Assembly (NCBI GenBank): GCA_014381725.1
Contig: JACNLC010000050.1
Coordinates: 10,125 to 74,124 of the forward strand
Origin: Fidelibacterota bacterium
GTDB lineage: Bacteria > Fidelibacterota > Marinisomatia > SCGC-AAA003-L08 > JACNLC01
Direction of reading: 5' to 3'
Length of the DNA: 64,000 nucleotides
A program made the translations under genes and the position numbers. Each line of letters begins with the position of its first letter. The stretch's first letter is position 1. The notes beneath the pieces were generated by a model. It ran no database searches. It was not told the DNA's origin and worked only from the letters and a program-made list of their open reading frames with translations. Positions 59,913 through 64,000 of the stretch are shown here, in pieces.

Positions 59913-62909
59913 TCAAATCCCAGTTGATTCATCCTCGTCCATCTGTTCAATCTTATTAGGTTGAGGTTTTATGATTACTCCATTTCCCGTTTGTCCGTCA
60001 ATTTTAACTTGAAGTGGGTAGTCTAAACGGATATGTTTTAAGAACTCAGTTTCTTGTTCAACAGGCTGTTCTTTCAGCCAATCCCAATCAAGAAAATCAT
60101 CCGGATTTTTTCTATTTATTGTAAAATAACCAATTCGTAAACTTGTTACATTTTGGAAAAAATGGCTACCAAATGATGGGTCAATATTGAAATCTTCCAA
60201 TCCAATTTCTACTATTACTTTTGCACTTGAAATCTGTTTCCACAGAACCGGAATACCCAGCCAAGGATCAGCAGTACCCCAACGCCCTGGACCAACCAAA
60301 ATGTACTGATTATCTAATCCTAACATTTGATTAAACACACTAATTTGATCAGCAATTTTCTGAGTATTCGATTCATCAAATACCTCAGGTTTTACGAAAA
60401 TAATATTCTTGAGATTATCTATAATTCCATTGCCCAAGGTAACACAACTTTTAGCTACAATATTTTGTTTATCTGTTAGTGTAGTTTTACCATCTTTTAA
60501 ATGACTTTCAATGACCATTGGTCGAATTTGCACTAAACAAAATTCTGGTTTTTTATTTTTATCTTCAAAAATATTTACTGCAAACTCAATTTCTACTGGA
60601 CACCCAAGCGCAACCTTGCTAATATCGAGAAGCTCATTTATAATATCTGATAGTGGAAAAGATTCCCATTTTAAAATGGGGGCAAAAGTAACTACTCGAG
60701 TCCCTTGATATGAAAGTGAATCTCTTATAATTCCATCTTGTGCACAAACAACACTTGCAGCATATTTTAGTGTTTTATCCGCTTCTGCTGTTGCTAATGA
60801 ATACTTTTGTAAATTTTCCATTTCTCCATTTCGTAGAGGATTTGTATCGCAAGATAACTCTAAAGCATAAAAACTATTTTGAGAATTGTTGATTGTAGAT
60901 TTTACAGAATAAAATTGTGGAAGCAAGGAAGGATATTTTGGAGAAAATCGTAGTGCTTTTTCTCCTTCAACAATTGTTCTTCCAAGCCCAAGCGCTATAA
61001 ATGCAACACCTTCTTCTCGTTCCATATAAGAAACAGGATAGTAATTGTAGTTTTGCGCAACTCCGCTAAATGTCGGATAAAATCTATTTTCGTGCTTCTG
61101 TCCAACCAACTCTTGAATAATTATTCCCATTTTTTCTTCTTCCAACCTTTGGATGGAAGTTTTCATCATAGATTTCGTGTCCTGTGAAAATGTAGATGCA
61201 TAAATTCTCTTTACAGATTCACAGAGTTGACTCAATCGTTCTTTATTGTCCTTTGTACAATTAGGTAACATAAATGTAGAATACATTCCAGCTAGTGGTT
61301 GATATTGAGAATCTTCCAACAAACTTGACGACCGAACAGCCAACGGATGGTGAACTTCCGATAAGTATTTTTTTAGAGATTGAACTAATTTTCTTGTCAA
61401 GCGAGATTTTAGAAATAATTCAATAATCTGTTGATCGTCATCAATGTTCATTGATTTGTCCCAAAGATCGTTAGTATCCATAAATTTATCAAATTCTTCT
61501 GTGCCAATAACAATAACTCTCGGGATTCTAATGTTGACTTCTGGAAAATTTTCTGATATTTTAGAGTTTTCGATCATCTTATTTGCAAACGCTAAACCAC
61601 GGGCTTTTCCACCCAAAGATCCTTTTGATATTCTTGCAAAATTTACTTCTAAGCCGTAAGTATCCTCATAAAATTCTACTATCCGTCCTTTTTGTTGTTT
61701 AGACAGAGTTTGAGATAAAGATTTTGTTAGAAAATCTCTCATTAATCTGATATTTTCAAAATCCTCAACTTGCATTGGACCGATTACAGAAGCCAAATTA
61801 AAGTGTCCGTGTGCAGCAAGCCAATTTGAAAAATGATTACTTGAAGCGTGATATATTAATGATGCTTCCGAAACAGCTTTTAATTCCCTAATTAAAGCAG
61901 TTAGATTAGAAGCTTTTGCCACGATTTCTTGTGTTTCTGGAGTTCTAAAAACAAAATCACCAAATCCAAAATTATTAACAATAAAAGCTCTAAGATTTTG
62001 GAGCAAAGTAGTTGACTCTTTATGTAAAAAATGAGAGCGTACTTCTTTAGCTCTAATTGCATGTTTTTTTTCTGTGGATTGTAACATAATAGGCATTGAT
62101 GGATCTAGCCTTCTAACCCACCTAACGAAATCTACCCCTGCATTTGAATCTTTTTCATTTTCTCGTACAAATTCAACATCTGATATAATTCCAAGCATAT
62201 TAGAGCGATAGCGTTTATACAATTTTTCTGCTTCTTCATAAGACCTAGCAAGTAAAATTTTTGGTCTCGTGCGCATATATAAAAGTTTTTGAGCATTATC
62301 TAAACTTTTACTTGTTAAATTTTGTGTGTGGAATAAAATTTCTTTGTAGATTAGTGGAAGCATAACGGAATAATGTCTCGGAGAATCTTCAATCAACAAA
62401 ATCGTACGAACATTCCCTTTTCTGACATCCCTACGAACATTTTGCCGGTCTTCAAAGAGTTTAATAATTGCAGGCAAAACACTGGCATTGCCAGACCAAA
62501 CAAAAGGTGTATCAATTGAAGATTTTGGAATAATTTCTGGTAATTGTTTCAGTTCTGAATCATCAAACACCAACAATATAATTGGCATTGAAGAATACTG
62601 CTCTTTAACTCGAGAACCAAATGTTAGTGGATCCATATCAGAAATACGAAGCATTACAATTACAAGGTCAAATTTACGATTTTCGAGCATTTCCATAGCC
62701 CGAGTAGCTGTTGATGCTTGCGAAACCCGTGGAGCATAACTTAGATTCATTCCAACATACTCATAAAGGATTTGCTCTGTTAATCGTCCATCTTCTTCTA
62801 GGATGAACGCATCATACTGGCTAGCAACCAATAAAATCTCATGGATGCGATGCATCATTAAATCTTGAAATGAGCCTTGATGAAATCCTTGTTTATCTCT
62901 TAATGCCAT
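59913..62909 (-). CDS. Receiver-like + PEP/pyruvate-binding (PPDK N-terminal) domain protein
   Basis: ILLVASQYDAFILEEDG, GSLGGKARGL, AVRSSSLLEDS, GPGRWG..DPWLGIPV. Confidence 0.85.
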   Translation of the reverse strand: MALRDKQGFHQGSFQDLMMHRIHEILLVASQYDAFILEEDGRLTEQILYEYVGMNLSYAPRVSQASTATRAMEMLENRKFDLVIVMLRISDMDPLTFGSRVKEQYSSMPIILLVFDDSELKQLPEIIPKSSIDTPFVWSGNASVLPAIIKLFEDRQNVRRDVRKGNVRTILLIEDSPRHYSVMLPLIYKEILFHTQNLTSKSLDNAQKLLYMRTRPKILLARSYEEAEKLYKRYRSNMLGIISDVEFVRENEKDSNAGVDFVRWVRRLDPSMPIMLQSTEKKHAIRAKEVRSHFLHKESTTLLQNLRAFIVNNFGFGDFVFRTPETQEIVAKASNLTALIRELKAVSEASLIYHASSNHFSNWLAAHGHFNLASVIGPMQVEDFENIRLMRDFLTKSLSQTLSKQQKGRIVEFYEDTYGLEVNFARISKGSLGGKARGLAFANKMIENSKISENFPEVNIRIPRVIVIGTEEFDKFMDTNDLWDKSMNIDDDQQIIELFLKSRLTRKLVQSLKKYLSEVHHPLAVRSSSLLEDSQYQPLAGMYSTFMLPNCTKDNKERLSQLCESVKRIYASTFSQDTKSMMKTSIQRLEEEKMGIIIQELVGQKHENRFYPTFSGVAQNYNYYPVSYMEREEGVAFIALGLGRTIVEGEKALRFSPKYPSLLPQFYSVKSTINNSQNSFYALELSCDTNPLRNGEMENLQKYSLATAEADKTLKYAASVVCAQDGIIRDSLSYQGTRVVTFAPILKWESFPLSDIINELLDISKVALGCPVEIEFAVNIFEDKNKKPEFCLVQIRPMVIESHLKDGKTTLTDKQNIVAKSCVTLGNGIIDNLKNIIFVKPEVFDESNTQKIADQISVFNQMLGLDNQYILVGPGRWGTADPWLGIPVLWKQISSAKVIVEIGLEDFNIDPSFGSHFFQNVTSLRIGYFTINRKNPDDFLDWDWLKEQPVEQETEFLKHIRLDYPLQVKIDGQTGNGVIIKPQPNKIEQMDEDESTGI

Positions 62910-62971
62910 AAGCTAAAAATAAATGTCTTTGAAAGCTAAATCCAATCCATTAGTTGAATTGAAAAAGTATA

Positions 62972-63010
62972 ATTACAAAAAAAGGGCTCCGTTGGAGCCC
63001 TTTTTGTAAT
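62972..63010. terminator. Intrinsic terminator (symmetric; serves the 63029-63913 gene on the - strand)
   Basis: ATTACAAAAAAAGGGCTCC-GTT-GGAGCCCTTTTTGTAAT. Confidence 0.85.
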
Positions 63011-63028
63011 CTATTGTTTGTTAAAAGA

Positions 63029-63913
63029 TTACCAAGTATAAGTGATATTAAATGCAGTTGCACCAAGTGCTTCAAATCCAACAACTTTTTGTACAGGGTT
63101 TGTGAATAAGTCTGTTCCAATATTCATATCTAGTAAGAAACCACCGTAATTGAACCCTAATCCAAATGCTGCGTCAACATCATAACCTACTGAATTGATT
63201 AAATCATAACCTTTAGTAAAACCAGCACGAAGTGTAGCCCAATCATTCATTGCTGTTTCAACACCAAATGTCATATTGTAGTCACCATAACCATCACCAG
63301 CATTGCCATACTCAAATCCCATTGCGAAGATACCTTTAGTGTTTTCAGCAATATCAATTCCAGTAAAGAAATCTTGTGTAAATATATATTCTGCATCTAC
63401 ACCCTCAGCTTCTGGCATCACATAATTGAAAGTTGTGATATAGTTTTCAAACAACCAGAAATTAAAAGCATTTCTCCAGTTGAAAGTAAAGGCAGATTCA
63501 TCATTATCCATGCTGTAAAATAGTCCTGTTTCTCCACCCATGAATTCCATACCAAAACCGAAGTCAAATTCATTGTATGCATCTGCCTCTGTCCCAACCT
63601 CAGTGTTTTCTGGTGTCATATTTAAGCCAAACATTGCACCGTAAGTGCCGTTACCCCAATAGAGATTTACTAGGTCATTTGCTTCTCCGCCTGAAAATCC
63701 CCATTTCGTTTCATCGCCCCAGATAACACCAAAGTCTGCGCCATCTGTTTGTGCTATGTTCCAGTTGTTGATTGTGTGTGGGAATAATGCAATATTTAGG
63801 TCATCATCTGCCCAAAAACCAGCATTACCACCAAGTGCTTCTATTCTTTGCTCGCTTGCAAATAAAACTGCACCAAACGCTAACAACATTACTATCATTT
63901 TAACTATCTTCAT
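63029..63913 (-). CDS. Putative outer-membrane beta-barrel protein
   Basis: Signal peptide, SEQRIEALGG, alternating aromatic/Gly strands, C-terminal ITYTW; AAGGAG RBS. Confidence 0.65.
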   Translation of the reverse strand: MKIVKMIVMLLAFGAVLFASEQRIEALGGNAGFWADDDLNIALFPHTINNWNIAQTDGADFGVIWGDETKWGFSGGEANDLVNLYWGNGTYGAMFGLNMTPENTEVGTEADAYNEFDFGFGMEFMGGETGLFYSMDNDESAFTFNWRNAFNFWLFENYITTFNYVMPEAEGVDAEYIFTQDFFTGIDIAENTKGIFAMGFEYGNAGDGYGDYNMTFGVETAMNDWATLRAGFTKGYDLINSVGYDVDAAFGLGFNYGGFLLDMNIGTDLFTNPVQKVVGFEALGATAFNITYTW

Positions 63914-64000
63914 CTAACTTACTCCTTTTGTTTGTTATTTGTTATCAATCCATATCTTTCGATATCCGATTGATGGTTATTAAATTTTACCCCATAAGTC

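Noticed and set aside
3064-62739. Numerous 60-150 aa ORFs overlapping long genes
   Set aside because: Antisense or alternate-frame shadows without RBS or recognisable motifs
1-64000. tRNA/rRNA genes, transposases, integrases, cas genes
   Set aside because: None recognisable by eye or in the ORF track; a covariance-model and HMM scan would be needed to exclude them formally

Overview
AT-rich bacterial window. Gene content (T9SS-type C-terminal sorting domains, PorV-family barrel, TonB-dependent receptor, alpha2-type glycyl-tRNA synthetase) suggests an FCB-group lineage such as Ca. Marinimicrobia; this is inference. Most of it is housekeeping (topA, glyQS, coaX, birA, coaBC, dapF, rlmN, ychF) plus several large acidic secreted proteins. 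The most striking region is a ~3.8 kb accessory islet (27.9-31.75 kb). It holds two ~93% identical 298/299-bp units, each with an AT-rich leader, a conserved sigma70-like promoter and ONE 36-nt type V-A (Cas12a/Cpf1) CRISPR repeat ending in AATTTCTACTGTTGTAGAT. No array or cas gene is recognisable in the window. The opposite end of each unit stops at or next to a GTT core resembling an integron crossover, and an attC-like hairpin separates two cassette-like putative defence genes. The islet also carries rhuM and an MmeI-type RM remnant. Other notable items: a candidate anti-SD sRNA, a 46-bp promoter duplication bracketing a 4.7-kb block, an inverted-repeat-flanked GxxExxY deletion derivative, a Ca-motif-rich TBDR/PorV operon and an acyl-CoA dehydrogenase flanked by two DUF2231-like membrane proteins. 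All family calls come from motif recognition by eye, not database searches.
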